This document shows, piece after piece, positions 12,597 to 22,894 of a stretch of DNA of 32,000 bases (position 1 is its first letter; each line of letters opens with the position of its first letter). The position numbers and the translations under genes are program-made. Under the pieces are notes generated by a model. The model did not search any database. It saw nothing but the letters and a program-made list of their open reading frames with translations, and had not been told where the DNA came from. The DNA lies in NCBI RefSeq assembly GCF_000019345.1, contig NC_010503.1, positions 360,001 to 392,000 on the forward strand, in the 5' to 3' direction. This DNA is from Ureaplasma parvum serovar 3 str. ATCC 27815. GTDB lineage: Bacteria; Bacillota_I; Bacilli_A; Mycoplasmatales; Mycoplasmoidaceae.

Positions 12597-12956
12597 ATGG
12601 AAAAGACAATAATTCAATTGGAATTTAATGAAGAAGAATTAGCATCAATAAAAAAAATTAAAGATAAAATGGATCCTAATAATAATTTAGAATTAAATGT
12701 ATTTTTAAAAGATTTAATTAAGGATTTAGCGCGTGATTATTTAAATTTTTCAAACCAATCATTTGAAAGTATTGCAAAGCAAATGAATGATTTAAAAGAT
12801 CTAATAGGAAACGTAGCGAACGATCCATCTAGTTTCGATTTTAATTCAGTAATGAATGAATTCCAAAAGTTTAGTAAATCACAAAAGGATGAAGAAAAAG
12901 AAATAAAAAACGATACTGAAATAAAAACTGCGACTAAACCTACTAAAAAATCTTAA
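12597..12956 (+). CDS. hypothetical protein, predicted helical/acidic (119 aa)
   Basis: Complete ORF MEKTIIQLEFNEEELASIKK...KKS preceded by AAGGAG; stop just before the downstream methyltransferase gene. Confidence 0.7.
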   Translation: MEKTIIQLEFNEEELASIKKIKDKMDPNNNLELNVFLKDLIKDLARDYLNFSNQSFESIAKQMNDLKDLIGNVANDPSSFDFNSVMNEFQKFSKSQKDEEKEIKNDTEIKTATKPTKKS

Positions 12957-12959
12957 TTT

Positions 12960-13733
12960 ATGTTAAAAATTATTACATCTAATAAAAATGAAGAAATTAT
13001 TCATTTTTATCGTTTAATTCATGATAAAAAATATCGCGAAGCTAATAAATTATTCATAATTGAGGGTTTTAAATTATTAGATGAAGCTTTGCAAAATCAA
13101 CAAACAATAGTTTCAATTATTATTAATGAACATGTTTATAATAAAGAATTTGAAACGATTTTTAAATATACATTATATGACAATATTCAAATTTATAAAG
13201 TTAGTGGAAATATTATTAAAAAACTATCAGTTAATATCGAACCAAGTCCAATTTTAGCAGTTGTTAAAATAAAACAAGAAATGTGTGATATTAACGATAA
13301 TATTTTATTGTTAGATAATATTCAAGATCCAGGTAATTTAGGAACCATTTTAAGAACCTGCTTTGCTTTCAATATTAAACAAGTTATTTTTAATAATTGT
13401 GTTGATTTATATAATCCTAAAACAATTAAAGCAAGTATGGGGGCCATTTTTAAAATTAATTTTTTACGTTTTAATGATTCTAAACTAGCATTAAATTTTT
13501 TATTAAAAAATAAATTCTATTTAATTGCTACTATTTTAGATAAAAACGCAATTTCTTTAAACGAAATAACGATTAAACAAAAATATTGTTTAATGGTAGG
13601 TAATGAAGGTCATGGTTTGGTACAAACTTTTATTGATCATGCTCACATTAAAACAATGATTAAAATGAATCAAACAGAATCATTAAATGTTGCAGTAGCA
13701 GCAGCAATTTTTTTATATGAACTTAATAAATAA
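12960..13733 (+). CDS. TrmH/SpoU-family RNA 2'-O-methyltransferase (257 aa)
   Basis: LLDNIQDPGNLGTILRTCFAFNIKQVIF..., LMVGNEGHGLVQTFIDHAHIKTMIKMNQTESLNVAVAAAIFLYEL: the SpoU motifs. Confidence 0.9.
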   Translation: MLKIITSNKNEEIIHFYRLIHDKKYREANKLFIIEGFKLLDEALQNQQTIVSIIINEHVYNKEFETIFKYTLYDNIQIYKVSGNIIKKLSVNIEPSPILAVVKIKQEMCDINDNILLLDNIQDPGNLGTILRTCFAFNIKQVIFNNCVDLYNPKTIKASMGAIFKINFLRFNDSKLALNFLLKNKFYLIATILDKNAISLNEITIKQKYCLMVGNEGHGLVQTFIDHAHIKTMIKMNQTESLNVAVAAAIFLYELNK

Positions 13734-14661
13734 AGAACTTTTTTTAATTACTGGTGACAATCGTTTAAAAATGGATCAAAAAATTAATGAAATTGCGACC
13801 TCTTTTGATGAATTAGTTAAAATTAATGATCAAGAAATTTCATTAATTTCTTTTAAAAATCTTATTGAACAAGATGATTTATTCAATAGTAATAAGATCT
13901 ACTTATTTAAAAACGTTAACTGATTCGAAAATTTAGAACATTTAAAAAATGTTAGTGATTTAATTGATTATTTTTTTAATAATCATGTTGCTATTATTAT
14001 TACAATTGAATCTACAAAAATTTCTACAGCAAAAAAAATTCAAGAAACAATTGCAAAATTTAATCATCAAATTACTTTTATGACATATACAAATGAAAAT
14101 GCTATGGCTTTCTTAAAAGAAGAGTTAAATCAGCGTAATTTATCATTAAATAAATCTATAATGCAAACGATTATTCAAAAAACAAATTTTAATATTAATT
14201 TTCTTAATAATGAATTAGATAAAATAGAATTAATTAATGATTTTTTAAAAAATCATGGTATGTTTGATATTAATAATTTTATATGTGATTATGGTGAATA
14301 TCAAATTTTTAGTTTATTAAATCTTTTGTATCAACATAAAATAAATGAATCAATAAATTTAATTAATAAAATGCTCATTGACAAAATTGATGAACTCACA
14401 ATAATTAATATGTTAGCGACAATAATGAGTACACATTACTTAATTAAATTATTACATGAAAAAAAATATAACAAAAACGTTATATCTAGCTCTTTAAATC
14501 AAAAACCTTATATTATTGATTTAAATTTAAAATTAATTAGAAATTATTCAGCTAAATTTTTACTTAAAAAAATGTATGATTTATTACAATTAGAAATTAA
14601 AGTCAAGGAAAATAAAATTGATAAATATTTTGGATTAATTAATTGAGTTTTGAATTTTTAA
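13717..14661 (+). CDS. holA: DNA polymerase III delta subunit-like protein (314 aa)
   Basis: Frame joining track ORFs 13717 and 14080 across TGA codons: MNLINKELFLITGDNRLKMDQKINEI...IYLFKNVNWFENLEHLKN...; overall layout resembles HolA. Overlaps the methyltransferase gene by 17 bp. Confidence 0.68.
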
Positions 14662-14817
14662 CACTACAATAAGTTCTTATAATTTAAGTTTATTGAAGAT
14701 AAAGATAAAAAAACTATATTTATATTTGTTAAAATTAATAGACCAAATTAAATAAAATACTTTTGTTTTAATGTCAGTTCAGTTTATTTTATTTTAGATT
14801 AATGAGGTGGTTATTAG

Positions 14818-16086
14818 ATGCTAAATGCAGAATTGTCAAGTGCACAAAAAGATTTATATAAATCAATTAAATTATATTTAAACACAATTTTTTTGAATCA
14901 AAAACTAAATTATGCTATTAAAAATGATAATGATTATCGAAATCAATTAAATAAAGTAATGAATATTTTTGAATATTATGAAGATAATTATGAAATAGCA
15001 AATAAAAATTTTCATAGTTATTGACAGGCTTTTAAGTCATATGTTCATTATGAAAAAATAGTTAATGATTATAACGATTTTGATGAATTAAAAGATATTG
15101 TAAATGGTTTAAAAATTTATGTTTTAAATACATTTCAAATAGATTTAGATCAAGAATCACAAAGAATTGCAGATATTGATTTTAAGTATGATGAAAAGAC
15201 GCAAGCATCAATGGGTTTTTATACTCCAAGAAATCAAGAAAATAATACTAGTACAGAATATGAAAAGGTAAGTGCTGAATCTATTAGTGATGAAGATAGT
15301 ATGAATCATACTTATCAACCAACTTCTGATTTTACAACAGCAAATATCGATAATTTAACAAATATGGTATTTAGTGCTCGGGTTATGAATGGTGAAATTT
15401 ATTTATATGAAACGAAACCAAAAGTTATTCCTTTCTTAAAATATGTTTTTTTTGCTGTTAGTTTAGCTTTGGTTTTTTTTACAACATTAACGTATGCTTT
15501 TCTAATGGATTTTGGCACACATATGTCAAGTGTTATTAATGTTAATGGTATTACTCATATTGTTCGTTTAGTTTCGCCAACATTTCCAACCCAGTTAGTG
15601 ATATCAATATTCATTATGATTTATGCTGGAATAAATGCTTTTAAAAGAAAAATTAGTGAAAATGAGAAGTTTCATTTTAAAAATTTTATTTGAATTATTT
15701 TGTTTGGAGCATTATTAGTAGTTGCATTAGCAAATATTTTTACTGGAAATTTAAGATTTTCAAGTAGTTCATTTGATGAAATGTTTCGTCAAGCACAAAT
15801 TAATGATGTATTAGCTAACTTAGCAAGAAATAATAGTTTTAGTTTTGATTATTCGTATTTACAAAGTATTTTTTATGGCTATAGTATCGCCCAAATTTTA
15901 GTATTTGTAGTTATTATTTTAGGAACAATTTTAATTATTAGTACTTTTATTTTAAATCCTAAACGTGATATTCAAAGAATAAAATTATTATTACAAGAAA
16001 TTCATGATGATATTTTAACAGGTAAAATTGATCCTAATACATATTTAAGAACAAAAAATCCCTTTAGAGACTTGTTTGGTTTTTAG
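14818..16086 (+). CDS. hypothetical multi-pass membrane protein (422 aa)
   Basis: Joins track ORFs 14818, 15211 and 15700 in one frame; cytoplasm-like N-terminal half followed by about four hydrophobic segments; stop TAG abuts the next ATG. Confidence 0.7.
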
Positions 16087-17070
16087 ATGAATTCAAGATT
16101 TAAATTTAACTATGATATAAATAATAAATTAGCATTATCCTTTACAAAGGATTTAATTGCTAATAAAAAGCAAAAAAATAAAAAAAAATTTTTGCTTTTT
16201 TTATTTCCCTTTTATCCTTTAAAACTTTTTAAAACGATTAATTTAATCGTGGTTTTTGCTGTTTTAGTTGCAATTCGTTTAGGAATGGGATTTTTACATA
16301 TTAAAATTCCTGGTTTTAATATGGTTATTTCTTTTACATGAATGGCATTAATGGTTTTAGGGTGGTATTTTGGACCATTAATTGGAATATTTGCTGGATT
16401 TTTAGTTGATACTTTAGCATGATTAATTAGTGGTGGAATTTGGTTTTGAATGTATGCTATTCAAGAACCTATTGTAGGCTTTATTGCTGGATTTCTAGGA
16501 TCTGTAGCTACATTAAGAAAAAAAACTAAACGACCAATAATTGATCTAATAGTTAATCAAATCTTTATTTTATTTTTTAGTATATTAACATTGTTTATGA
16601 TTTTGACCTTAGTTAATGATGGTAAAAACTCCTTATTTAGCATTCTTAAAAAACGTGATAAAGAAATTAATGAAGATTGAATTAGTATTTTTAAATATTT
16701 AGCAATCGCTTTTTTAGCTACATTTGTTTTGCTTGTTGAAGCTTTTGTTATCATTTATTATTTACGTAATAGAAATCGTTCAAAAGTACAGTTAATTAAT
16801 TTTATTTATTGCTCATTATTAGTAATTTTTTCAACAATGTTATTTTCGTTTGCACTAGGACCTTACGTAAGTGTAGCGTATTTAAAATATATAAAAGTCC
16901 CAATTACGAATTATTTAAAATACGGAGTTAATTACTATTTATTACCACGCATTATTAAAGAAAGCATTAAAACACCAATTTATATCATTTTATTATCTTC
17001 AATAATTAGTGCATTTGATTATGTCTTTCTAAATATTAAGCAAATTAATATGCACAAATGAAAACATTAA
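16087..17070 (+). CDS. ECF transporter S component-like protein (327 aa), possibly folate family
   Basis: Joins track ORFs 16087, 16450 and 16729: ...WMALMVLGWYFGPLIGIFAGFLVDTLAWLISGGIWFWMYAIQEPIVGFIAGFLGSV..., an S-component-like topology and motif pattern. Confidence 0.68.
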
Positions 17071-17136
17071 CAATACACTTTTGAAGGTATAAAATATAAT
17101 CATAAGTTTTAAAAGAGAGATAAATGATAGTAGTTT

Positions 17137-17790
17137 ATGGATTCTAAAAAATTTAATGATTTAGATTTAGATATTTTTAAAAAGGGGATTATAAACCTAT
17201 AAGTTCAGAATTTTTAGCTGAATCATTTAATGCTATGATTCCTATTATGGAAATTCAAGAAAAATATAAATAATTTGATAACGATACTTTTTTAAACGAA
17301 TTTAAAGGTGGTTTTGTAGGCGTTTATTACCGATTAGATGCTAAAAAGCAAGGATTTAACCAATGATTAGAAGTTAAACAAGTATCATTTAATACTAAAA
17401 CATGAGGTGCAATTTTAATGATACAAGTTTAGAAAAAGCTAAAGCATTTAGTGATATAAAAACCTTTTTAGCAGTAGGCGTTTGAGATAAAATGGCTGAT
17501 TTATTATTCATTGTTTATGGTTAAAATCCAGAAATTGGCGAATATTTAACTAAAAAAGTTTGCGAAAGTAAACAAGCTAGTCGTCGATTCACACAAACAA
17601 TAAGTGTGCGACAACTAGTAAAAATTATAAATTTAAAATTTTTCCAGTAAATTAATAATAATCCTAATTTAATAAATATTTTAAAACAAGCAAAACTACC
17701 TTGAATTTTAGAAAGTTTAACTATACTACGTTTAGAAAAACTAAAAAAAACATTTCACATTTACTTATGATACTATTGATAATGTTAAAA
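17137..17790 (+). pseudogene. decayed coding sequence of unknown function
   Basis: Recognisable protein segments recur in changing frames with TAA/TAG interruptions: MDSKKFNDLDLDIFKKG / ISSEFLAESFNAMIPIMEIQEKYK* / FDNDTFLNEFKGGFVGVYYRLDAKKQGFNQWLEVKQVSFNTKTWGAI / NDTSLEKAKAFSDIKTFLAVGVWDKMADLLFIVYG* / NPEIGEYLTKKVCESKQASRRFTQTISVRQLVKII. Confidence 0.7.
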
Positions 17791-17798
17791 AATAAAGT

Positions 17799-18101
17799 TT
17801 ATTTAATTTTTTTAATATGGTAAAAATCATTTTTATTAGTTCGTTTAGTGTAAGAAATAATTGTATTTGTGTATTTATCAACTAAAAAATAATAACCTTT
17901 ATTTTTAGGGTCCATGTAAATATGGAAATTATTGTCTAAAGAATTTAAAGGACGAATTCCTAAAATTCGCTCATTAATAATTGGAATAATGAATGTACCA
18001 CTTAGATTTTTAATGTTAACATCAGTTCATTCAGCACGTTCTCGAAAACGAGCTAATGCATGATCTGTAATTCTAAATTTGCTTTTATAATAATATGACA
18101 T
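17799..18101 (-). CDS. small hypothetical protein (100 aa)
   Basis: Absent from the track because of an internal TGA. Hand translation: MSYYYKSKFRITDHALARFRERAEWTDVNIKNLSGTFIIPIINERILGIRPLNSLDNNFHIYMDPKNKGYYFLVDKYTNTIISYTKRTNKNDFYHIKKIK*. Starts 28 nt after udk. Confidence 0.6.
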
Positions 18102-18129
18102 AATTCAAAATTAAATTAGTTATGATATT

Positions 18130-18753
18130 TTAATGTATATTATTTATTCATTTATGAATTAAATGTAATGCAACACGATTGTGTTCATTTCATAGCACAC
18201 TAACATTAGCATTCTTCTTACTTGGTTCAACAAATTGATCATACATAGGGCTAACAGTGCTACGTCATTGAGTAATTACAGATTCAAATGATCGATTACG
18301 TTCATTAACATCTCGAAGAATTCGTCGAATTAAACATTCATCTTTTGGAGTTTCAATAAAAATTTTCAAATCAGCTATTTGATTAATGACATCATCATAA
18401 ATTGCATAAATACCTTCAAGAACTATAACATCAACATCACTAATATCAATCGTTTTATCTAAACGAATCTCAGTTTTATAATCATAGATTGGTACTTTAA
18501 TTTTTTTACGTTTTTTAATGTCACTTAATTGCTCTCGCATTAACTCTCATTCAAAACTACTTGGATGATCATAATTAATTAAGCGGCGTTCTTTTTTATT
18601 TAGTTGTGAATTAGAAATATAGTAAGAATCTTGACAAATAACAACACTTGTTGTATTTTTAGGAATTCTTGCAATAATTTCATTAGCAAAGGTTGTTTTT
18701 CCAGAACCAGAAGCTCCTGCAATTAGTATAAGAATTGGGGATTTAGTATTCAT
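18130..18753 (-). CDS. udk: uridine kinase (207 aa)
   Basis: MNTKSPILILIAGASGSGKTTFANEIIARI...VVICQDSYY...NYDHPSSFEWELM...VIVLEGIYAIYDD...NEHNRVALHLIHKWINNIH*; P-loop and uridine-kinase motifs, with TGA=Trp. Confidence 0.9.
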
Positions 18754-18938
18754 AATTTTGAACCTTAATATCATTAAACATATTACTATTATTATAGATT
18801 ATGCGTAGCTTTTCCTTTTAATTAATTAAATATTTTTTTAAAAAAAGATATTAAAAAATAATAAAATCATATATAATTTATAAATGTTATAAAATTCAAT
18901 ATCTTATAAGATACACAAACTAGAAATGAGGCGATAAT

Positions 18939-19112
18939 ATGGCTGTACAACAAAGAAGAGTAAGTAAATCAAGAAAAGGAATGCGTCGTAGTCACGATCA
19001 CCTTACAATTTCTAATACAGTAGCATGTAATGAATGTGGTAAAGCATTACTACCTCATAGAGCTTGTCGTGATTGCAAAACTTACAGAAGTATTAAGTTA
19101 TCAATCAAATAA
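18939..19112 (+). CDS. rpmF: 50S ribosomal protein L32 (57 aa)
   Basis: MAVQQRRVSKSRKGMRRSHDHLTISNTVACNECGKALLPHRACRDCKTYRSIKLSIK*; CxxC...CxxC pattern. Shorter than the track's cut-off. Confidence 0.95.
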   Translation: MAVQQRRVSKSRKGMRRSHDHLTISNTVACNECGKALLPHRACRDCKTYRSIKLSIK

Positions 19113-19117
19113 TTTTT

Positions 19118-19378
19118 ATGATGAATGATAGTGTTAAACAAACCAATAATATTGATGAAAATCAATTAAAACCAACTACAAAAAGCTTTTTTGATGATAA
19201 AAACAACCAATTAACAAAAGTTTTAAATATTCCTAGCGTTGTTAAATATACGGAATCAAAAATTAAAAAAAATGGTAAAAATTTTTCAATTAATTTAATC
19301 ATTACAATTACAACAATGTTTATTGTAATTGGGATTATTATAACTATTGCTATTGCTATTGGTATTAAATTAAGTTAG
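19118..19378 (+). CDS. hypothetical single-TM protein (86 aa)
   Basis: Complete ORF directly after rpmF; C-terminal hydrophobic helix FSINLIITITTMFIVIGIIITIAIAIGI. Confidence 0.6.
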   Translation: MMNDSVKQTNNIDENQLKPTTKSFFDDKNNQLTKVLNIPSVVKYTESKIKKNGKNFSINLIITITTMFIVIGIIITIAIAIGIKLS

Positions 19379-19407
19379 TAACAACTTCATGAGTTGTTAT
19401 TTTTTTA
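19379..19407 (+). terminator. intrinsic terminator after rpmF and the small TM ORF
   Basis: TAACAACT-tcatg-AGTTGTTA followed by TTTTTTTATTTTTT. Confidence 0.85.
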
Positions 19408-19493
19408 TTTTTTTTAGATATAATTTAATTTAGACGTATGCTATTAATGTATAATTTTAAATAATGTTTTATATTAATTTAAGGGTGAAAACA

Positions 19494-21506
19494 ATGATGG
19501 AAAAATTAAAAAACAACAAGACTTTGTTTTTGAATGTAGAACAAGCTCAAAAACTAGGGATTAATAACCCTTTAACACAAGAGATTTTTTTAGATGATCA
19601 AAAGTTAAAAGTTCATTTAATTAATAGTATAAAAGATGAGTTTTACTTAAAAAAAAGTATTAGTAAAGGTTATGCTTATTTTAATAGTTTAGAACAATTT
19701 AAGACTATGGAGCTTGATGTTTTAGATAACTATCAATTTGCAAAAATAGCAGCTACTAATTTAGATGAGTATGATCAATTAGTTTACACAAAAACTCGTC
19801 AATATTTAATTAATAAAGAATTTTGAACTAATGATGGTTTAGATGCATTTATTGGTGATGATTTTAAAAGAAAACAATTAACGAGCAAAGAAATCGTTAA
19901 TCTAAAAACAAAATATGATTTATGAATACAAGAATTACATTTTAATAATGCACGAATTAGTAAACAAATTCATAATTTAAGTATTCATGGTCAAAATAAA
20001 TTAGATTATGAGAAATTTTATGATAAAAAAGCAACCCTTGAATCAAATTTAGATATTCTTCAAATTTTAATTTATTTAAGATCTTCATTACTTGAGTTAG
20101 ATTTTGACGATCTTTTTAAAGATGATCAAAATAAAATAAGTATTCGTCAATTATTAGTTAATGATTTAGAATACTTGCCGTTTTCATTTCAACGTTATGA
20201 TTATGAATCAAGACGTAATTTCATTAGAAACTCACGTCAATTAGTTGATACCTCAATTGATTTTGACGATCTTGAATATGATTTTTTGCACAATAAGAAA
20301 CCAAAACAAGAACTAGAAAAAAATAATGAATCAATTAAAATAGCTGAATTAAAAAAATTTGAAAATTCACAATTAAGTGATGAACAACAATCTAATTTAG
20401 AAAAAGAGTTCTATAGTATTGGAAGAATTAACTGTTTTGACGAAGTTAGCGAAAATAAACAAGAATTAAACAAAGAACAATTAGTAATCGATAAAAAAAA
20501 TGGGTATTTGAAGCCACGTAGTTACTTACGTCATCATGAAACTCCATTTATGGTTGACATTGAGAACCGGGTAGACTTTTTAATGGCAGGATATGAAATT
20601 ATTAAAAATGATGATCCATATGCAATTAAACAAGAAATATTAAAAAATACCATTTTAGAACAACAAAAGCTTGTCGAACAAGATGATCATGATTTTAAAG
20701 TTAAAAATGATGATCAAGAAGCAAATGAAGAATTATTGGACAATACTGATAAATTAGAAAATCAAGATTCTACAAGTGCTGTTGAATTTAATGATTCATC
20801 TGAAGTTACTCAAGTAGTAAAAACGGATGAAAATGTTGATAATTTAATTAAAACTAAGCAAATAACTAGTTTTAACGATCTTAAACAAGAGCAATCATCT
20901 CAAGAAAATATTATTAAAAATGATCTTTCATCAATTCAAATTCGTTTAGATGAAATTATTAATGTACATGAAAAAGATACTAAATTACAAACCGAACTAA
21001 ATTCAATTATGATAGATAGTAATGAAAAAAATATTGATGATAGTTTAAATAATTTAAATGAACAAATACGAATTCAAGATCAAGAATTAGAATCATCAGA
21101 TAATCAAAATGTAATTATTGAAGAAGAAATTAATACCAAAAATTTAAATAATAAAGCTGATGTTGGTGTTATGAGTGTTGAAAAAAAATATGAACCTGAA
21201 GAGGAAATGGTTAATTTTGAATTTGAAATACCTGAAAACCAAAAAGAATCAGTTAACCAAGATGTTTTAAATAGTAATAGTATTGATAATTTTAAAGAAG
21301 AAAAAGCTAAAGAAAATACTTTCTTAACACCAAAAGAAATAGAAAATAATGATTTATCATCACAAATTGAATTAACACCTGCTGATTTTGAACTTAAGAC
21401 ACAAGAAATTAATGACGAAACTGAACGTTTATTGGATGAATTAAATAATAATAAACCTAAAGAAAAGAAGAAATTTTGGACATGATTTAACTCAAAAAAA
21501 AGATAA
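19494..21506 (+). CDS. hypothetical acidic protein with predicted coiled-coil character (about 670 aa)
   Basis: Joins track ORFs 19464 and 20175 across TGA=Trp; RBS-like AAGGG upstream of ATGATG; Glu/Asp/Asn/Gln/Lys-rich second half; C-terminus KPKEKKKFWTWFNSKKR*. Confidence 0.75.
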
Positions 21507-21529
21507 ATAAAAAAAAGGAATTATTAATT

Positions 21530-22837
21530 ATGAATAAAACTAATCAAATTGTGGATTTATTAACCAATAAACAAAATAATTCAATTCAAAGACGCGATAA
21601 TCTAGTTTTTGTTAAAAATGAACAAGAATTCAAAGATATTTTAGATTCTACTATTAGCTTAAGTAATGTTTATGATCCTTTGTTAGGTAATGGTTGTGAA
21701 CAAGAAAAAATAAAAGAATTAACTATTTTAAATAATAGTGTTGATATTAGCAAAATTGAAGAGTATACTAAAACATTAGAAAGTAAAGTAGATGATTTAT
21801 ACAATAATGTTTCTAACCAACTAATTCAAGATTATCAAAAAAATGAGAATACAAGTGCGAATAATATAATTATGAAAAATGAAGAATTATTAAATTCTCA
21901 TTTAAAAGAAGTCGAAAAAATTTGTGAACAGCTAATTGATGAATGAAAAATTGAAATTTTAGGGGAAGTTAATTTTAAATTTCAACAACAATTAATAGAA
22001 ATCGATCAAAAACAAGAACATAAATTGAAAGTAAAATCATTAATCAATGAAGATAGTTTTTTAACAAAAAGACAAGTTAAAAACAAAAATAAAATTCTTA
22101 CTGAATTTGAAAAACATCGTTCACAAATTACACAAAATTATTTAAATAAACGTAGTGATATTCTCAAGAAAGAATATGATGAATTATTAAAAGATGATAA
22201 ATTATTTGAGTTAAGCTCAGGCGATAATTGAAACAATTTTAAAAAAATAACTTTATTTATTTCTAACGAGATCGGAATCATTAATGATTTAGAAGATCTA
22301 TTAAACCATCAAGAATTAATTCGGACTCGAAATTATACAAAACGTGCTATTTTAAATCAACATCATATTAATGGTCACTTTAAAGATGAAAAAAAATATT
22401 TGAAATCTTTGTATGATTTACGTGTTAAATTTATGTATGGTTTAGGTTCAGAAATTGTTATTTTAAAATTTTTAATTGAGCATTATAAAAAATTAAATAG
22501 TTTACGTTTAAGATTAGAAACATTAAACCACCCTCTTTCAAATTATGCTGTTTATTTTGATATTTTAAACCGAATTGAAAAACAAACACAATTGTTAGCA
22601 AAAATTGAAACTTTAAAATATGATAATTATGATTTTAATGCTGATGTTATTTTAGATGATTTAGAAAGTAATATCACAAAAATAAATGAGATTAAACATA
22701 ATTCTAATGTTTTAAATAAAACAAAAGTTATTAAAACGATTATTGAGCCAAAATATGAATTAGAATTAATTTCAAAAGATGATAAAGTTGATGGTGTTAA
22801 GGTTTACGTTAACGATCAAGAAATTCTTTCTAAATAA
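21530..22837 (+). CDS. hypothetical protein with predicted coiled-coil character (435 aa)
   Basis: Joins track ORFs 21530, 22025 and 22400; AAAGGA RBS; begins 23 nt after the previous gene. Confidence 0.75.
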
Positions 22838-22856
22838 TTATTTTAAAGGAAACACA

Positions 22857-22886
22857 AAAAAGGCTTTTAATAATAAAAGCCTTTTT
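22857..22886 (+). terminator. intrinsic terminator closing the two-gene coiled-coil unit
   Basis: AAAAAGGCTTTTA-ataa-TAAAAGCCTTTTT: 13-bp perfect stem. Confidence 0.85.
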
Positions 22887-22894
22887 ATTTCAAA

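Noticed and set aside
16557-16754. Minus-strand ORF of 65 aa
   Set aside because: Antisense to the S-component-like gene.
17137-17790. Restriction endonuclease or mobile-element remnant
   Set aside because: Only a loose D...ExK-like pattern; no inverted repeats, transposase or methyltransferase nearby. Left as a pseudogene of unknown function.
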